Shown: positions 36,829 through 52,491 of the stretch, one piece after another
Position numbering within the stretch: the first letter of the stretch is position 1
Layout: each line of letters starts with the position of its first letter
Origin: Betaproteobacteria bacterium
Lineage (GTDB): Bacteria > Pseudomonadota > Gammaproteobacteria > Burkholderiales > SG8-41
Direction of reading: 5' to 3'
DNA length: 64,000 bases
NCBI GenBank assembly: GCA_947486575.1
Contig: CANKUB010000002.1
Span: 4,405 to 68,404 of the forward strand
The notes under the pieces: model-generated
The model's input: only the letters and a program-made list of their open reading frames with translations
Told to the model about the DNA's origin: nothing
Database searches by the model: none
Program-made: the position numbers and the translations under genes

Positions 36829-39800
36829 TTGCGCCTCACACATATTAATCTTGCCGGTTTTAAATCGTTTGTAGACCCCACCCAGATCCCGGTGCCGGGC
36901 CAACTGGTTGGCATTGTCGGGCCGAATGGCTGCGGCAAATCCAACGTCATTGATGCAGTGCGTTGGGTACTGGGTGAGACCTCGGCGCGGCATTTGCGCG
37001 GCACCACCATGCAGGACGTGCTGTTCAACGGTTCCGGCAACCGCAAACCGGTTAATCGCGCGAGCGTCGAATTGTTGTTTGACAACAGTCTGGGCAAAGC
37101 CGCGGGGCAGTGGTCGTCATACGGCGAAATTTCCGTCAAGCGTGTGCTGGAGCGGGAGGGTGATTCGACGTATTACATCAACAATATTGTGGTGCGTCGC
37201 CGCGATATCGCCGATATATTTCTCGGTACCGGCCTCGGTGCGCGGGCGTACGCGATCATTGAACAGGGCATGATTTCGCGCGTTATCGAAGCCAAGCCTG
37301 AAGAATTGCGCGTGTTTCTTGAAGAAGCGGCTGGCGTATCGAAATATCGTGAGCGTCGCAAGGAAACCGAAGCGCGGCTGCGTGACACGCGCGAAAACCT
37401 GCTGCGTGTGGATGACATCCGGCAGGAACTGACCAAGCAACTTGAACATCTGGGCGAGCAGGCCGAAGTTGCCCGTAAATACCACGAGTTGCAAGGTGAG
37501 TTGGCGACTTCACAGAATCTGCTGTGGTTTACACGCAAGAAAGAAGCCGTATCCGCACGGGCGCGCCACGCACGGGAAATCGAACGCAGTGGTATCGAAC
37601 TCGAAGCAGAAACCGCGCGTTTGCGCGAGGCGGAAAAGCGACTCGAAGAATTGCGCAGTGAACATTACAAAGCGGGCGATGCGCTGCATGCCTGTCAGGG
37701 CGCACTCTATGAGGCCAATGCCGAAGTGGCGAGGCTTGAGCAGCAGATCACGCATGTGCGCGACAATCGCGGGCGTATCGAACATCACATTTCAACGCTG
37801 CGCGCGCAGCACGATGACAATCAATCGCAATTGATTGCCGCGCAGCGCGGGCTGGATGAATCGCGCGAAGTACGTGCGCAAGCGGACGAGCGCGTACACA
37901 CAAGCGAAGCCGAAGCGCAGGCACAAGGTCAAAAATTGCCACTGGCAGAAGAAGCGCATCGCGCCAGTTACAACCGGCGCGAAGAAGTGCAGCGCAGTCT
38001 CGCGCAAGTGCAACAGCGTTTGCAGGTGGAGCAAACACAAAGCGGGCACGCGGTGCGGCTGCTTGAGCAATTTGCGCTGCGCCAATCGCGACTGACCGAT
38101 GAACGTGCGGCGTTGCCCGTGGCGGATGGCGATGCACTGGCGCAATTGACCGAGCGCACAGCGCAATGCGAGCAACAACTCGAAGAATGGCGTGAGCGCC
38201 TGCAGGCGAGTGAAGCGCAAATTCCGGCCCTGGAGCAAGCCGTCAACGAGCGACAGGCGGAACTTGGGGCGGCGATGCGCACACGGGCTTCAGTGGAGGC
38301 GCGCATCAATGCCTTGTCGCAATTGCAGGCACGGTTGGCGAAAGGCGCCAACGGTGCGGACATGGAAAGCTGGCTTGCCGCACGCAATCTGGATAAAGCG
38401 CCGCGCTTCTGGCAGGGCATCGAAATTGCAGCGGGCTGGGAAGATGCGCTTGAAGCCGTGTTGCGTGAGCGATTGAATGGTATTGCGCCGGGTCATGTGG
38501 ACAGTGCCGCTGATTGGTTGACGCAGCCGCCTCCCGGAAAATTAACGATGGTGGATGCCGCTGCACAACCCGTTGCGTCAACAGAGGTGACGGGCCTTGA
38601 ACCCTTGAAGCGCCACGTGACCTGCCGTAACGTCAATCTTGAGGCCGTGGTTGACGATTGGCTGCACGACGTTTATACCGTGCCGGATACCGCAACGGGC
38701 ATGGCGTGTCGCGCGCAATTACCGCCGGGCGGCATGCTGGTGTCGGCCAATGGTTATGTATTTTCCCGACACAGCGTGACGTTTCATGCCCCTGATAGCG
38801 AATTGCACGGGGTGCTGTCGCGCCAGCGCGAAATCGAAAAACTACAAGGTGAATTTGAAGCCGAAAGCGCCATTGTTGAAAACCTCAATTACGCGGTGGC
38901 CGATGCCCGCGAGGCCGTTGAGCGGTGCCGCAGCGAAGCGGTTGAATTGCGCAGTGGCGTTAACAACGCGCAGAACGAGTTTCATGCGGTGCAGGTCGAG
39001 GCGGTGCGATTGTCAGAGCAGGCGCAGCGTGCCACGCAACGCGGCGAACAAATTGCCTCTGAAATCGCCGAAATCGTGGCGCTGGTATTGACCGAAACAC
39101 AAAATCGCAACGCTGCGGATTCCGCGATGGCGCAGTTGCAGCATGAGCGTACCGCGTTTGCCGCGCAGGTTGAGCAATCCGCTGAGGACTACCGCAACGC
39201 AGAAACAGCCCTTAACGCGCAGCGTCAAATGGCGGAACAGGCGCGGCGTGCGCATCAAGAGTCGTTATTTTCGCAGAAGACAATTATCAATAGAATTAAT
39301 GAGATAGATCAATCCATTCAACGCTTGAGCACGTCAATTTCGGCGCTTGAATCGAGCATCAGCGAATCTGAAACCGACTTGAATGGTTACGATGAAGCGC
39401 CGTGGCAGGAGCAGCTTCAAGCCATGCTTGAAACGCGCGTGACGCGTGAGCAGGCGCTGGCGCTGGCACGAGATGCGCTGGAAGGCATGGATACGCAGTT
39501 GCGGGGTATTGAGCAGGAACGTGTGACGTCCGAAGAAAAACTGGGGCCGTTACGCGAGCGTATCGCCGAAGTGCGACTGAAGGAACAAGAGGCTCGCCTG
39601 ACCGAAGAGCAATATGCACAGCAGCTGGTAGAGGCGGGCGCGGACGAAGTGGCGTTGGCCGATTTGCTGGAAAAAGGTACGCGCTCGAATGCGCTGCAAA
39701 CCGAAATCAACCGCATCAACGAAGAAATTCGCGCGTTGGGGGCGGTCAATCTGGCAGCACTGGAAGAATTAAAGGCCGCGTCTGAGCGCCGTGATTATCT

Positions 39801-40353
39801 GGACGCGCAATCCAAAGATTTAACCGAAGCGATGGCTACACTGGAAGACGCCATCAAGCGCATTGATCGTGACACGCGTGAAAGGCTGCAAGCGACGTTT
39901 GATGAAGTGAACCGGCATTTCAGTGAGATGTTCCCTGTTTTGTTCGGGGGTGGGCAAGCCAGGCTCACACTCACGGGTGAAGAAATTCTCGATTGCGGTG
40001 TGCATGTCACTGCGCAACCCCCGGGTAAGAAAAATGCATCGATTCATTTGCTGTCGGGCGGCGAAAAGGCGCTGACGGCGTTGTCGCTGGTATTCGCCAT
40101 GTTCCGCTTGAATCCGGCGCCGTTTTGTTTGCTCGACGAGGTGGATGCGCCGCTGGATGATTCCAACACCGAACGCTTCTGCGAACTGGTGAAAAAAATG
40201 TCGGATAATTCGCAATTCCTGTTTATCAGTCACAACAAAATTACGATGGAAATGGCCAATCAATTGCTGGGTATTACCATGCAGGAGCCTGGCATCTCGC
40301 GTGTGGTGGCGGTGGATATCGAAGAAGCGTTGAAGTTGTCCGAGGCGGCGTAA
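36829..40353 (+). CDS. smc: Chromosome segregation protein SMC
   Basis: GFKSF, GPNGCGKSN, coiled coils and hinge, LSGGEK, LLDEVDAPLD. Confidence 0.97.
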   Translation: MRLTHINLAGFKSFVDPTQIPVPGQLVGIVGPNGCGKSNVIDAVRWVLGETSARHLRGTTMQDVLFNGSGNRKPVNRASVELLFDNSLGKAAGQWSSYGEISVKRVLEREGDSTYYINNIVVRRRDIADIFLGTGLGARAYAIIEQGMISRVIEAKPEELRVFLEEAAGVSKYRERRKETEARLRDTRENLLRVDDIRQELTKQLEHLGEQAEVARKYHELQGELATSQNLLWFTRKKEAVSARARHAREIERSGIELEAETARLREAEKRLEELRSEHYKAGDALHACQGALYEANAEVARLEQQITHVRDNRGRIEHHISTLRAQHDDNQSQLIAAQRGLDESREVRAQADERVHTSEAEAQAQGQKLPLAEEAHRASYNRREEVQRSLAQVQQRLQVEQTQSGHAVRLLEQFALRQSRLTDERAALPVADGDALAQLTERTAQCEQQLEEWRERLQASEAQIPALEQAVNERQAELGAAMRTRASVEARINALSQLQARLAKGANGADMESWLAARNLDKAPRFWQGIEIAAGWEDALEAVLRERLNGIAPGHVDSAADWLTQPPPGKLTMVDAAAQPVASTEVTGLEPLKRHVTCRNVNLEAVVDDWLHDVYTVPDTATGMACRAQLPPGGMLVSANGYVFSRHSVTFHAPDSELHGVLSRQREIEKLQGEFEAESAIVENLNYAVADAREAVERCRSEAVELRSGVNNAQNEFHAVQVEAVRLSEQAQRATQRGEQIASEIAEIVALVLTETQNRNAADSAMAQLQHERTAFAAQVEQSAEDYRNAETALNAQRQMAEQARRAHQESLFSQKTIINRINEIDQSIQRLSTSISALESSISESETDLNGYDEAPWQEQLQAMLETRVTREQALALARDALEGMDTQLRGIEQERVTSEEKLGPLRERIAEVRLKEQEARLTEEQYAQQLVEAGADEVALADLLEKGTRSNALQTEINRINEEIRALGAVNLAALEELKAASERRDYLDAQSKDLTEAMATLEDAIKRIDRDTRERLQATFDEVNRHFSEMFPVLFGGGQARLTLTGEEILDCGVHVTAQPPGKKNASIHLLSGGEKALTALSLVFAMFRLNPAPFCLLDEVDAPLDDSNTERFCELVKKMSDNSQFLFISHNKITMEMANQLLGITMQEPGISRVVAVDIEEALKLSEAA

Positions 40354-40368
40354 CAGGGCGATGGGGTT

Positions 40369-43527
<3,159 letters not shown>

Positions 43528-43546
43528 TTAAAGCACACTCACAGCC

Positions 43547-44311
43547 ATGTTAGCCATAATCGGTGGCAGCAGTCTTGATCGCTTGAGCGCGCTCGCCGAT
43601 GTGCGGCGTGTTGAAATGGCTACGCCCTCTACACCATACGGTGCGCCGTCAGGTCCATTGATTTTCGGCAAACTGGCTGGACGCGATATTGTTTTTCTGG
43701 CGCGCCACGGCGAAAATCACAGTGTGCCGCCGCACAAAATCAATTATCGCGCCAATCTGTGGGCGTTACAGGCGCACGCTGTTACACAGGTTGTTGCGGT
43801 AGTGACGGTTGGTGGTATCGGCGCACATTTCACAGCGGGGGCGTTGGCCGTGCCCGATCAAATTATAGATTACACGTGGGGGCGTGCAGCGACCTTTTTC
43901 GATGGTGAAGTTGGCGGCGATCGTGCGCTTGTCAAGCACATCGACTTCACAAAACCGTACGATGAGCCGCTACGCCAATGCATTCTGCGCGCGGCACAGC
44001 GTGTTGAAATACCACTGCACGATGGCGGCACGTACGCCACTACGCAAGGGCCGCGCCTCGAAACGGCAGCAGAGATACAGCGTCTGGCGCGCGATGGTGC
44101 GCACATGGTCGGCATGACGGGCATGCCTGAAGCCGCGCTGGCGCGCGAATTGAATCTGCAGTACGCGGCGCTGGCGCTGGTGGTCAACGCCGCCGCTGGT
44201 ACTGGCACAAGTGCGCAGGCGATTGATCTACCGGCTGCCGAAGCGCTGGCGCGCACGGCGATGGCACAAGTGGTGCACATACTGAGTGAGGTGGCAAACG
44301 TTGGCAATTAA
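43547..44311 (+). CDS. S-methyl-5'-thioinosine/MTA phosphorylase (PNP/MTAP family)
   Basis: [41 protein letters not shown]; VVNAAAG suggests 6-oxopurine (MTI) preference. Confidence 0.88.
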   Translation: MLAIIGGSSLDRLSALADVRRVEMATPSTPYGAPSGPLIFGKLAGRDIVFLARHGENHSVPPHKINYRANLWALQAHAVTQVVAVVTVGGIGAHFTAGALAVPDQIIDYTWGRAATFFDGEVGGDRALVKHIDFTKPYDEPLRQCILRAAQRVEIPLHDGGTYATTQGPRLETAAEIQRLARDGAHMVGMTGMPEAALARELNLQYAALALVVNAAAGTGTSAQAIDLPAAEALARTAMAQVVHILSEVANVGN

Positions 44312-44834
44312 ACCGGTACTGCGCATGGGTGACCCACGGTTGCTGGAGCCGTCAAAGCCGATCAAAAAATTCCGCACAGCAGAATTGCGTAATCTCATCA
44401 CTGACATGCGCGACACCATGGCATCGCTCAAGGGCGCGGGTTTGGCCGCACCGCAAATCGGCGTAAATTTGCAGGTGGTGATTTTCGGTATTGAATCAAA
44501 TCCCCGCTACCCTGATGCTGAATCGGTGCCGTTCACGATTTTGGTTAATCCGAAGCTCACCCCTGTCGACAAAGAGATCGAGGAGGGCTGGGAAGGCTGC
44601 CTTTCCGTGCCGGGGATGCGCGGGCTGGTGCCGCGTTTTCTCAATCTGCGGTATCAGGGCTTTGACGAGAACGGAAAAAAAATAGACCGTACGGTTGACG
44701 ATTTTCATGCGCGCGTGGTGCAGCACGAGTGCGATCATCTGGCGGGTATTTTGTACCCGATGCGCATACGCGACATGCGCAATTTCGGCTATACGGCGGA
44801 ATTGTTTCCCGACGAAGATATTGCTGACGATTAA
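44301..44834 (+). CDS. def: Peptide deformylase
   Basis: [25 protein letters not shown]; likely TTG start at 44301. Confidence 0.95.
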   Translation: MAIKPVLRMGDPRLLEPSKPIKKFRTAELRNLITDMRDTMASLKGAGLAAPQIGVNLQVVIFGIESNPRYPDAESVPFTILVNPKLTPVDKEIEEGWEGCLSVPGMRGLVPRFLNLRYQGFDENGKKIDRTVDDFHARVVQHECDHLAGILYPMRIRDMRNFGYTAELFPDEDIADD

Positions 44835-47419
44835 ATTTTCAGCGTCTCAATCAAATCGTTTTCCATGCGCACGACCTTTTTCGGATCGTTAAGCGCCTCG
44901 CCAGTAATCAAAAACGTGTCTTCGGCGCGCGAACCCAGCGTGTTGATTTTAGCGGTGTGCAGGTCAATGCCATAGGCCAGAAATACGCGTGCAATGCGCG
45001 ACAGTAGTCCCGGGCGATCACCCGCAATGATAGAGAGCACCTGATACACGCCGCGATCATCTTTTTGAATACGGACTTCGGGCGAGATCGGAAAGTGCTT
45101 TAACTGGCGCGACAGACGTGGTTTGGTCAGCGGCGGCAGCGGTGCTTTCAAGCGCAGGCGTTCGCCTAACTCGTGCTCGATATAGGCTGTGAGATCGCGA
45201 TAATCTATATCGGCGTTGCCTGCATCCTGCACCTGAAAAGTATCGAGTGCGTAGCCATAGTGTGCGGTGTAGATACGCGCTTCGTGGATGTTGTAGCGGA
45301 TGCTTTCGAAAAATCCGCAGATGCGCGCAAAAAGCGCTTCTTGATCTTGCACATACACCATCACCTGCAGGCCTTCACCTGCGCGCGAGGGGCGTGCCTT
45401 GATGATGGGCTCGGGGACTTGCGCGCGGTAATAGAGCGTGCGGGTGTGCCAGGCGATTTCCTGAGGGTCGTGGCGCAGAAAATACGCTGTGTCGAGTTTC
45501 GCCCAGAACGTATCGATGGATTCGTCGGCAATGCCATACAGACGCAAATTGGCGCGGGCTTCATCCTGGCGTGCGCGCTGACTGTTTTCAACCGTCGGAG
45601 CGTTGCCCGCGAGCTGGCGTTGCGTCACGAGGAACAGATCTTCCAGTAGTTTGCCTTTCCAGGCATTCCAGACTTTGGGGCTGGTGCCGCGGATGTCGGC
45701 TACCGTCAGCAGGTAAAGCGCGATAAGCCGACGCTCAGTGATAACTTTGCCTGAAAAAGAATGAATGATTTCGGGGTCCGACAAATCCTGCTTTTGCGCG
45801 GTGCTCGACATCATCAAGTGCTGCTCAACCAGCCACACCACCAAGGTGCAATCATCGCTGGACAAGCCGTGTGCTTTGCAGAATTTTGCAGCGTCGGCTT
45901 TGCCCAGGGTGGAGTGGTCGCCGCCCCGGCCTTTGGCGATGTCGTGGAAAAGCCCGGCCAGATACAGCACTTCGGGTTTGTCGAATTCCGACATCAAGCG
46001 GCTGCATAGCGGAAACTCATGGGCGAGCTCCGGCACCGCAAAACGGCGCAAATTGCGAATCACGCGCAGAATATGTTCGTCAACCGTGTAGACGTGATAC
46101 AGATCATGCTGCATCTGGCCGACGATTTTGCCAAACGCAGGCAGGATGCTGCCCAGAATGCCGAGTTGATTCATGCGGCGTAGTTCGCGGATGACGCGAT
46201 CGGGGCTGCGAAAAATGTTGAGGAATTGCTCGCGATGCGTGGCATTGCGACGATAGGCTGGGCCGATGGATTTTCGCGCGCGCCATAGCGCGCGCTGCGT
46301 GTTGGCGCCAATGCCTTTGAGTTCGGAGTGCTGTTGCAGCAGCAGAAATGTTTCGAGTATGGCTTCCGGATGTTTTTCAAACGTGTCGTCGTGTTGCATG
46401 GACAGCACTTCATTGCGCAGGCCAAATCGCTCGTTCAGCGGTTGCAGTTTGATGTTGCGCACACCGGTCAGCCGCGCACGGATGTTCTGCAGCACAATAT
46501 TGTCGATCTGCGAAACCGCTTTGGCACTTTGGTAGTAGCGTTGCATGAGTTGCTCGCTGGCCAGGCGATGTGCGCGATTGCTCAGGCCAAATTTCTCGGC
46601 GAGTGCCGATTGCAAATCAAAAATCAGACGGTCTTCACGTCGCCCAGCCAGATAATGCAGGCGGATGCGCAGCATGTGCAGAAATCGTTCGTGCCGCTGA
46701 ATTTCGCGCGATTCGGTTTCGGTGATGAGGCCGCGGCGTACCAGATCGGCCCAGCTTTTGCCAAAACCGGTGGCGCGCGCAATCCACAAAATGTGATGTA
46801 AATCGCGCAGTCCACCCGCGCTTTCCTTGACGTTGGGCTCAAGATTGGTTTCGCCAAAACGCACATGGCGTTGCTGCTGCTCCAGGCGCTTGGCCTGCAT
46901 GAAAACCATGGGTTCCAGCGCTTCAGTGGTGGCTGTTACATATTGCTTATAGCGCTTGCGATTGCCCGCCAGCCAACGGGATTCCAGCATGCTGGTTTGC
47001 GCAGTAATATCCTGGCGCGCGATTTCAACGCATTCTTCTATGGTGCGCACACTGTGACCGGTGTCGAGACCGATATCCCACCAAGCGCCGACCAGTGCCT
47101 GCAATTTTTCCTGTAACGCTTCGTCTGCCGGCGCATCCAGAAGGATCAGCAAATCAATGTCAGAGTAGGGGAAAAGTTGCCCACGCGCATAGCCGCCCAC
47201 TGCGACCAGCGCCAGACCTTCCGGGATATCGTGCGCCTGCCACACCGCTCGCAGCAATTGATCGACCAGGACACAGTGTTGGCGTAATAAATCGGGTGCC
47301 GATGGCCGGGATTCAAATGCGCTGCGCAGGGTGAGGCGGCCCGCGTCGAGCAATTTCTTGAAATGATGCGTCGGTTGCAGCGGGCTAACTTCCGTCGAAC
47401 CTGGCAGTGCGTCAGGCAT
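44831..47419 (-). CDS. glnD: [Protein-PII] uridylyltransferase
   Basis: [45 protein letters not shown]-terminal ACT domains. Confidence 0.97.
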   Translation of the reverse strand: MPDALPGSTEVSPLQPTHHFKKLLDAGRLTLRSAFESRPSAPDLLRQHCVLVDQLLRAVWQAHDIPEGLALVAVGGYARGQLFPYSDIDLLILLDAPADEALQEKLQALVGAWWDIGLDTGHSVRTIEECVEIARQDITAQTSMLESRWLAGNRKRYKQYVTATTEALEPMVFMQAKRLEQQQRHVRFGETNLEPNVKESAGGLRDLHHILWIARATGFGKSWADLVRRGLITETESREIQRHERFLHMLRIRLHYLAGRREDRLIFDLQSALAEKFGLSNRAHRLASEQLMQRYYQSAKAVSQIDNIVLQNIRARLTGVRNIKLQPLNERFGLRNEVLSMQHDDTFEKHPEAILETFLLLQQHSELKGIGANTQRALWRARKSIGPAYRRNATHREQFLNIFRSPDRVIRELRRMNQLGILGSILPAFGKIVGQMQHDLYHVYTVDEHILRVIRNLRRFAVPELAHEFPLCSRLMSEFDKPEVLYLAGLFHDIAKGRGGDHSTLGKADAAKFCKAHGLSSDDCTLVVWLVEQHLMMSSTAQKQDLSDPEIIHSFSGKVITERRLIALYLLTVADIRGTSPKVWNAWKGKLLEDLFLVTQRQLAGNAPTVENSQRARQDEARANLRLYGIADESIDTFWAKLDTAYFLRHDPQEIAWHTRTLYYRAQVPEPIIKARPSRAGEGLQVMVYVQDQEALFARICGFFESIRYNIHEARIYTAHYGYALDTFQVQDAGNADIDYRDLTAYIEHELGERLRLKAPLPPLTKPRLSRQLKHFPISPEVRIQKDDRGVYQVLSIIAGDRPGLLSRIARVFLAYGIDLHTAKINTLGSRAEDTFLITGEALNDPKKVVRMENDLIETLKI

Positions 47420-47424
47420 AGTTG

Positions 47425-48222
47425 TCAGGCGACGGCAGGTGGCGCGGGCATGCCCGGAGAAACCGTCAGCACTTCAAAGCCGGTTTCGGTGACCAGTATC
47501 GTGTGCTCCCACTGCGCCGACAGGCTGTGATCCTTGGTGACAATGGTCCAGCCATCCGCAAGCCCGCGTATATCTGCACGACCCGCGTTGATCATCGGCT
47601 CGATAGTGAATGTCATGCCCGCTGACAAAGGCACGCCAGTGCCGGGCCGCCCGTAATGCACTACCTGGGGATCTTCGTGAAATTTTTTGCCGATACCGTG
47701 CCCGCAGAATTCGCGCACCACGCTGAAACCGTTGCCTTCGGCGTAGCTTTGAATCGCGTGGCCCACATCGCCCAGTCGTGCGCCGGGTGCAACCTTGCGG
47801 ATGCCGCGCCACATGCATTCATAGGTAATTTCGCACAGCCGTTTGGCCTGTATCGACGGCATGCCGACATAAAACATGCGGCTGGTGTCACCGTGATAAC
47901 CGTCTTTGATGACGGTGATATCCACGTTGACCACATCGCCGTTCTTGAGTTTTTTCTCGCCCGGAATGCCGTGGCAGATTACGTGGTTAACTGACGTGCA
48001 AATCGATTTTGGATAGGGTGAGTAACCCGGCGGACAATAGTTCAGCGGCGCCGGGATGGTTTTCTGTTCGTTCACCATGTAATCGTGACAGAGCTGGTCG
48101 ATTTCGTTGGTGGTTCGTCCTGCGACGATATAGGGCGCGATAAAATCGAGTACTTCGGCGGCGAGCTTGCCCGCGACGCGCATTTTTTCAATGTCTTGAG
48201 GGGATTTAAGTTCTATGGGCAT
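47425..48222 (-). CDS. map: Methionine aminopeptidase type I
   Basis: CTSVNHVICHGIP, DGYHGDTSRM, FCGHGIG, FTIEPMIN, SAQWEHT; start ATG 48222. Confidence 0.97.
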   Translation of the reverse strand: MPIELKSPQDIEKMRVAGKLAAEVLDFIAPYIVAGRTTNEIDQLCHDYMVNEQKTIPAPLNYCPPGYSPYPKSICTSVNHVICHGIPGEKKLKNGDVVNVDITVIKDGYHGDTSRMFYVGMPSIQAKRLCEITYECMWRGIRKVAPGARLGDVGHAIQSYAEGNGFSVVREFCGHGIGKKFHEDPQVVHYGRPGTGVPLSAGMTFTIEPMINAGRADIRGLADGWTIVTKDHSLSAQWEHTILVTETGFEVLTVSPGMPAPPAVA

Positions 48223-48504
48223 GCTGTGACCGTGCGGCGCACGGTAAGTCCTTGTTTTTATGATAGGTGTTGGGAACGCTTGGACATGAACCGAGGTAGC
48301 CATTGTAATTCAGGATGACGCAACCTGAATCCAGTAAAACGGGATTATCCATAAGTATCTGTTTTTACTCGAAAAGTTAAACATCCCTGGTTATTGCCCC
48401 GCTAAACGCTTCGTTTGAAATAGGTACAATTTCCATGTTAAAATAACGAGTTAGCTGAATTCGGCATTGTCGGTTTTCGCCGGGAACTGGAATTAGCTAC
48501 CAAT

Positions 48505-48590
48505 ACCCACATCCGCCCCGTAATGTTTACATTTGGGTGTTCAAAGAATGATGTTTGTCTTTGAATATTGGTGGATGGAGGCTCAACCCA
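48505..48590 (+). ncRNA. rpsB leader (t44-type, S2 autoregulatory element)
   Basis: CCCACATCC...GGGTG...hairpin TTCAAAGA/TCTTTGAA...GGATGGAGGCTCAACCC directly before rpsB, matching the conserved leader layout. Confidence 0.75.
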
Positions 48591-48604
48591 AACAGGAGTA
48601 GTTT

Positions 48605-49348
48605 ATGTCAGTCACTATGCGTGAAATGCTGGAATGCGGCGTTCACTTCGGGCACCAAACCCGGTTCTGGAACCCGCGCATGGCCCCGTATATCTTCGGC
48701 CATCGTAATAAAATTCATATTGTCAATCTTGAGAAAACGCTTGAGATGTATCAGGCGGCGATCAAGTTTGTGCGTCAATTGACTGCCAATCGCGGCACCA
48801 TATTGTTTGTTGCTACCAAGCGTCAGGCGCGCGAGATTATCCGCGAAGAAGCGCTGCGTTGCGCCACACCGTTTGTTGATGACCGTTGGCTGGGCGGCAT
48901 GCTCACCAACTATAAAACCGTCAAGCAATCGATCAAGCGTCTTAAAGACATGCAGGCGATTGTTGCCGATGGCTCGGTTGAAAAACTCATCAAAAAAGAA
49001 GCGCTGATGTTTCAGCGTGAGTTGATCAAACTTGAGCGCAGCCTGGGCGGCATTAAAGATATGGATGGCCTGCCGGATGCGTTGTTCGTGATCGACGTGG
49101 GCTATCAAAAAAATGCCATCGCGGAAGCGAACAAGCTGGGCATTCCGGTGATTGGCATTGTCGATACCAATCACACACCCATCGGTGTGGATTACGTGAT
49201 TCCGGGTAACGACGACTCCAGCCGCGCGATTCGTTTGTATGCGCGCGGTATGGCCGATGCCATTCTCGAGGGCCGTAACGACAGCTTGCAGGAAATTGTG
49301 GCGCCAGCCGGCGGCGAAGAATTCGTCGAAGTCGAAGAAGCCAAGTAA
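48605..49348 (+). CDS. rpsB: 30S ribosomal protein S2
   Basis: [29 protein letters not shown]. Confidence 0.98.
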   Translation: MSVTMREMLECGVHFGHQTRFWNPRMAPYIFGHRNKIHIVNLEKTLEMYQAAIKFVRQLTANRGTILFVATKRQAREIIREEALRCATPFVDDRWLGGMLTNYKTVKQSIKRLKDMQAIVADGSVEKLIKKEALMFQRELIKLERSLGGIKDMDGLPDALFVIDVGYQKNAIAEANKLGIPVIGIVDTNHTPIGVDYVIPGNDDSSRAIRLYARGMADAILEGRNDSLQEIVAPAGGEEFVEVEEAK

Positions 49349-49367
49349 CTCGGGTGCTCACATGATC

Positions 49368-49403
49368 AGGGGCAGCTCGAATACGTGAGCGCCCCTTTTT
49401 TTT
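49368..49403 (+). terminator. Rho-independent terminator/attenuator between rpsB and tsf
   Basis: AGGGGC-A-GCTC-loop-GAGC-GCCCC followed by T8. Confidence 0.8.
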
Positions 49404-49420
49404 AACGGATGGAGTTTGTA

Positions 49421-50326
49421 ATGGCTGAAATTACCGCAGGTATGGTGAAAGAATTGCGCGAGAAGACCGACGCGCCGATGATGGAATGCAAAAAAGCGCT
49501 GACCGAAGCTGCTGGTGACATGAGCAAGGCGGAAGAAATTCTGCGCGTAAAGCTCGGTAACAAGGCAACCAAGGCCGCTTCGCGTGTAGCCGCTGAAGGC
49601 GTGGTGGCGATGTTTATCGCAGCAGATGGCAAGTTGGGCGCGATGCTTGAAGTGAATTGCGAAACCGATTTTGTGGCGAAGAACACGGATTTCCTGGCGT
49701 TCTCTGGCGCGTTGGCCAGCATGATTGCGGACAAAAATCCGGCAGACGTTGCTGCGTTGTCGGCACTGGATCTGAAAGGCACGTCAGTCGAAGAAACCCG
49801 CAAGGCGCTGGTTGGAAAGCTCGGCGAAAACGTCAGTCTGCGGCGCTTCACGCGCGTGGCGGCGAAGGGGCAACTGGCGAACTATATTCACGGAGGCGCA
49901 AAAATCGGTGTGATGGTCGACTTGGTGGGGGGCGCTGACGGCATGGGCAAGGATCTCGCCATGCACATCGCTGCGAGCAAACCCAAGGCGTTGGATGCGT
50001 CTGGTGTGGCGGCCGATGTGATTGAAACCGAGCGTCGTATCGCGACAGAGAAAGCAGCCGAGGACGCGGCCAAGTCGGGCAAGCCGATTACGCCTGATAT
50101 TTTGTCCAAGCGCGTGGAGGGCTCGGTGCAGAAAGTTCTCAAGGAGCTCACACTGCTCGGTCAGCCATTCGTCAAAAACGACAAGCAAACGGTGGAGCAA
50201 TTGCTCAAGGCGAACAATGCTTCTGTTGCCTCTTTCACGCTGTATATCGTGGGTGAAGGGCTTGAGAAAAAGAAGGACGATTTTGCGGCAGAGGTTGCAG
50301 CCGCGGTCAGCGCCGCCAGTAAATAG
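49421..50326 (+). CDS. tsf: Elongation factor Ts
   Basis: [35 protein letters not shown]. Confidence 0.98.
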   Translation: MAEITAGMVKELREKTDAPMMECKKALTEAAGDMSKAEEILRVKLGNKATKAASRVAAEGVVAMFIAADGKLGAMLEVNCETDFVAKNTDFLAFSGALASMIADKNPADVAALSALDLKGTSVEETRKALVGKLGENVSLRRFTRVAAKGQLANYIHGGAKIGVMVDLVGGADGMGKDLAMHIAASKPKALDASGVAADVIETERRIATEKAAEDAAKSGKPITPDILSKRVEGSVQKVLKELTLLGQPFVKNDKQTVEQLLKANNASVASFTLYIVGEGLEKKKDDFAAEVAAAVSAASK

Positions 50327-50360
50327 TATTTAAAAGCAAAAACTTACAGGATATCTGAAA

Positions 50361-51080
50361 ATGCCGGACAAACCCGTCTACAAGCGCATACTCGTCAAAC
50401 TGAGCGGCGAGGCGTTAATGGGCGAGGATAGTTATGGCATTAATCAGGGCGTGATTGAGCGTATTGTTGGCGAAATTGGCGACGTGGCGAAACTCGGCGT
50501 TGAAATTGCAGTGGTGATAGGCGGCGGCAATATTTTTCGAGGTGTGGCGCCGGCAGCCGCGCACATGGATCGCGCGACAGCTGATTACATGGGCATGCTC
50601 GCAACTATCATGAACGCATTGGCATTGCAGGATGCGATGCGCCGCGCCAACATTATCAGCCGTGTGCAATCGGCGTTGAATGTTGAGGCCGTAGTTGAGC
50701 CTTATATTCGCGGCAAAGCGATGCGCTATCTTGAAGAAGGCAAAATCGTGATTTTTGCGGCGGGTACAGGTAACCCGTTTTTTACTACCGATACAGCAGC
50801 AGCGTTGCGTGGTATGGAAATCAACGCCGAGTTGGTGTTGAAGGCGACCAAGGTGGATGGCGTCTATAGCGCTGACCCAAAAAAAGACCCCACGGCGGTG
50901 CGCTATAAAAAGCTCACGTTTGATGAGGCGATCATCAAAAATCTCAAGGTGATGGATGCCACGGCGCTGACGTTGTGCCGTGATCAAAGGCTGCCGATCA
51001 ATGTGTTCAGCATTTTTGAAGCGGGTGCGTTAAAGCGCGTAGTGACGGGTGCGGACGAAGGCACGATGGTTGTTGCTTAA
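50361..51080 (+). CDS. pyrH: UMP kinase
   Basis: [25 protein letters not shown]. Confidence 0.98.
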   Translation: MPDKPVYKRILVKLSGEALMGEDSYGINQGVIERIVGEIGDVAKLGVEIAVVIGGGNIFRGVAPAAAHMDRATADYMGMLATIMNALALQDAMRRANIISRVQSALNVEAVVEPYIRGKAMRYLEEGKIVIFAAGTGNPFFTTDTAAALRGMEINAELVLKATKVDGVYSADPKKDPTAVRYKKLTFDEAIIKNLKVMDATALTLCRDQRLPINVFSIFEAGALKRVVTGADEGTMVVA

Positions 51081-51109
51081 AAAATAAGGTTGAATCAGCG
51101 GAGAAAATC

Positions 51110-51667
51110 ATGATCGCCGATATCAAGAAAATTGCCGAACAGAAAATGAAAAAGTCGCTGGAGTCGCTGAAAATGGACTTGGCGAAAGTGCGTACGGGCC
51201 GCGCGCATGCGGGCATACTCGATCATGTGATGGTGGATTACTACGGCACGCCGACGGCGATTCCGGGTGTGGCCAGCGTGACATTGATTGACGCGCGCAC
51301 CATTGGCGTCACACCGTGGGAAAAAAAGATGACCAACGTGATCGAAAAAGCCATCCGTGACGCCGATCTGGGGTTGAACCCCAGCACTACCGGCGAAATC
51401 GTGCGCGTGCCGATGCCTTCGCTGACGGAAGAACGCCGCCGTGATCTGACCAAAATCGTAAAAGGCGAAGGCGAAAATGCAAAGGTGGCGGTGCGCAATG
51501 TACGTCGTGATGCCAACACGCAATTAAAAGACCTGCTCAAGAAAAAATCCATCGCGGAAGACGATGAACGCCGCGCGCAAGAGGATATCCAAAAGCTGAC
51601 CGACCGCCACATCGCTGATATCGACAAGGCGTTGCAGGTGAAGGAAGCTGAATTGATGGCGGTTTAA
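51110..51667 (+). CDS. frr: Ribosome recycling factor
   Basis: RTGRA, VDYYG, LTEERR, VRNVRRD. Confidence 0.98.
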   Translation: MIADIKKIAEQKMKKSLESLKMDLAKVRTGRAHAGILDHVMVDYYGTPTAIPGVASVTLIDARTIGVTPWEKKMTNVIEKAIRDADLGLNPSTTGEIVRVPMPSLTEERRRDLTKIVKGEGENAKVAVRNVRRDANTQLKDLLKKKSIAEDDERRAQEDIQKLTDRHIADIDKALQVKEAELMAV

Positions 51668-51672
51668 TCGCT

Positions 51673-52452
51673 GTGGCCACGCTTCCCAGCTCCACGCAAA
51701 TTGTGCCTGATGCGCCGCAGATTCCGCGGCACATTGCTGTCATCATGGATGGCAACGGACGCTGGGCAAAAAATCGATTCATGCCGCGCATTGCAGGGCA
51801 CAAGCGCGGTGTGGAATCCGTGCGTAACGCCGTGCGTGCGTGTGCTGAGCGTGGTGTGCAATACCTGACGTTATTCGCTTTCAGCAGCGAAAACTGGCGG
51901 CGGCCTAAAGATGAAGTCAAATTCCTGATGCAGTTGTTTATGCACGTGCTTGAAGCAGAAGTATCCAAGTTACACCGGAATAATATTCGTTTGAAAATCG
52001 TCGGCGATCTCTCCCAGTTTGATGAAAGGCTGGTGCAGCTGGTTCGTGAGGCAGAAGAAAAAACTAAAAATAATCAACAGCTTACGTTAACTGTGGCAGC
52101 CAATTACGGTGGTCGTTGGGATATTCTTCAGGCGCTGAATCACCTGGTGCGAGCACATCCCGAAAAAGCGGGTAACTATAGCGAGAGTGATTTCGCGCCG
52201 TATTTGTCGATGCAAGACGCGCCAGAGCCGGATCTCTTCATACGAACTGGTGGCGAAAAGCGCGTGAGCAATTTTTTGTTGTGGCAACTGGCGTATACCG
52301 AACTGTATTTCACCGACATGCTGTGGCCCGATTTTGATGCGGCAGCACTGGATACTGCTATCGCTTCCTATCAGCAGCGCGAACGCCGCTATGGGCGAAC
52401 CAGTGAGCAGTTGCAGGGCGACGTACCACAGCGCGGCATGGCTGGTGGCTGA
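51673..52452 (+). CDS. uppS: Undecaprenyl diphosphate synthase
   Basis: [32 protein letters not shown]. Confidence 0.97.
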   Translation: MATLPSSTQIVPDAPQIPRHIAVIMDGNGRWAKNRFMPRIAGHKRGVESVRNAVRACAERGVQYLTLFAFSSENWRRPKDEVKFLMQLFMHVLEAEVSKLHRNNIRLKIVGDLSQFDERLVQLVREAEEKTKNNQQLTLTVAANYGGRWDILQALNHLVRAHPEKAGNYSESDFAPYLSMQDAPEPDLFIRTGGEKRVSNFLLWQLAYTELYFTDMLWPDFDAAALDTAIASYQQRERRYGRTSEQLQGDVPQRGMAGG

Positions 52453-52491
52453 TTTTCATCCGCTGTTATTGGCGCGTACTGGCTGAGGTAG

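Noticed and set aside
39280-39310. AT-rich patch inside smc resembling the junction motif (TCAATAGAATTAATGAGATAG)
   Set aside because: Several mismatches to the core and explainable by Ile/Asn/Glu codons; not counted.
48308-48330. Short inverted repeat ATTCAGG-N9-CCTGAAT between map and rpsB
   Set aside because: 7-bp stem with no U-tract and a single occurrence; not enough to call a terminator or operator.
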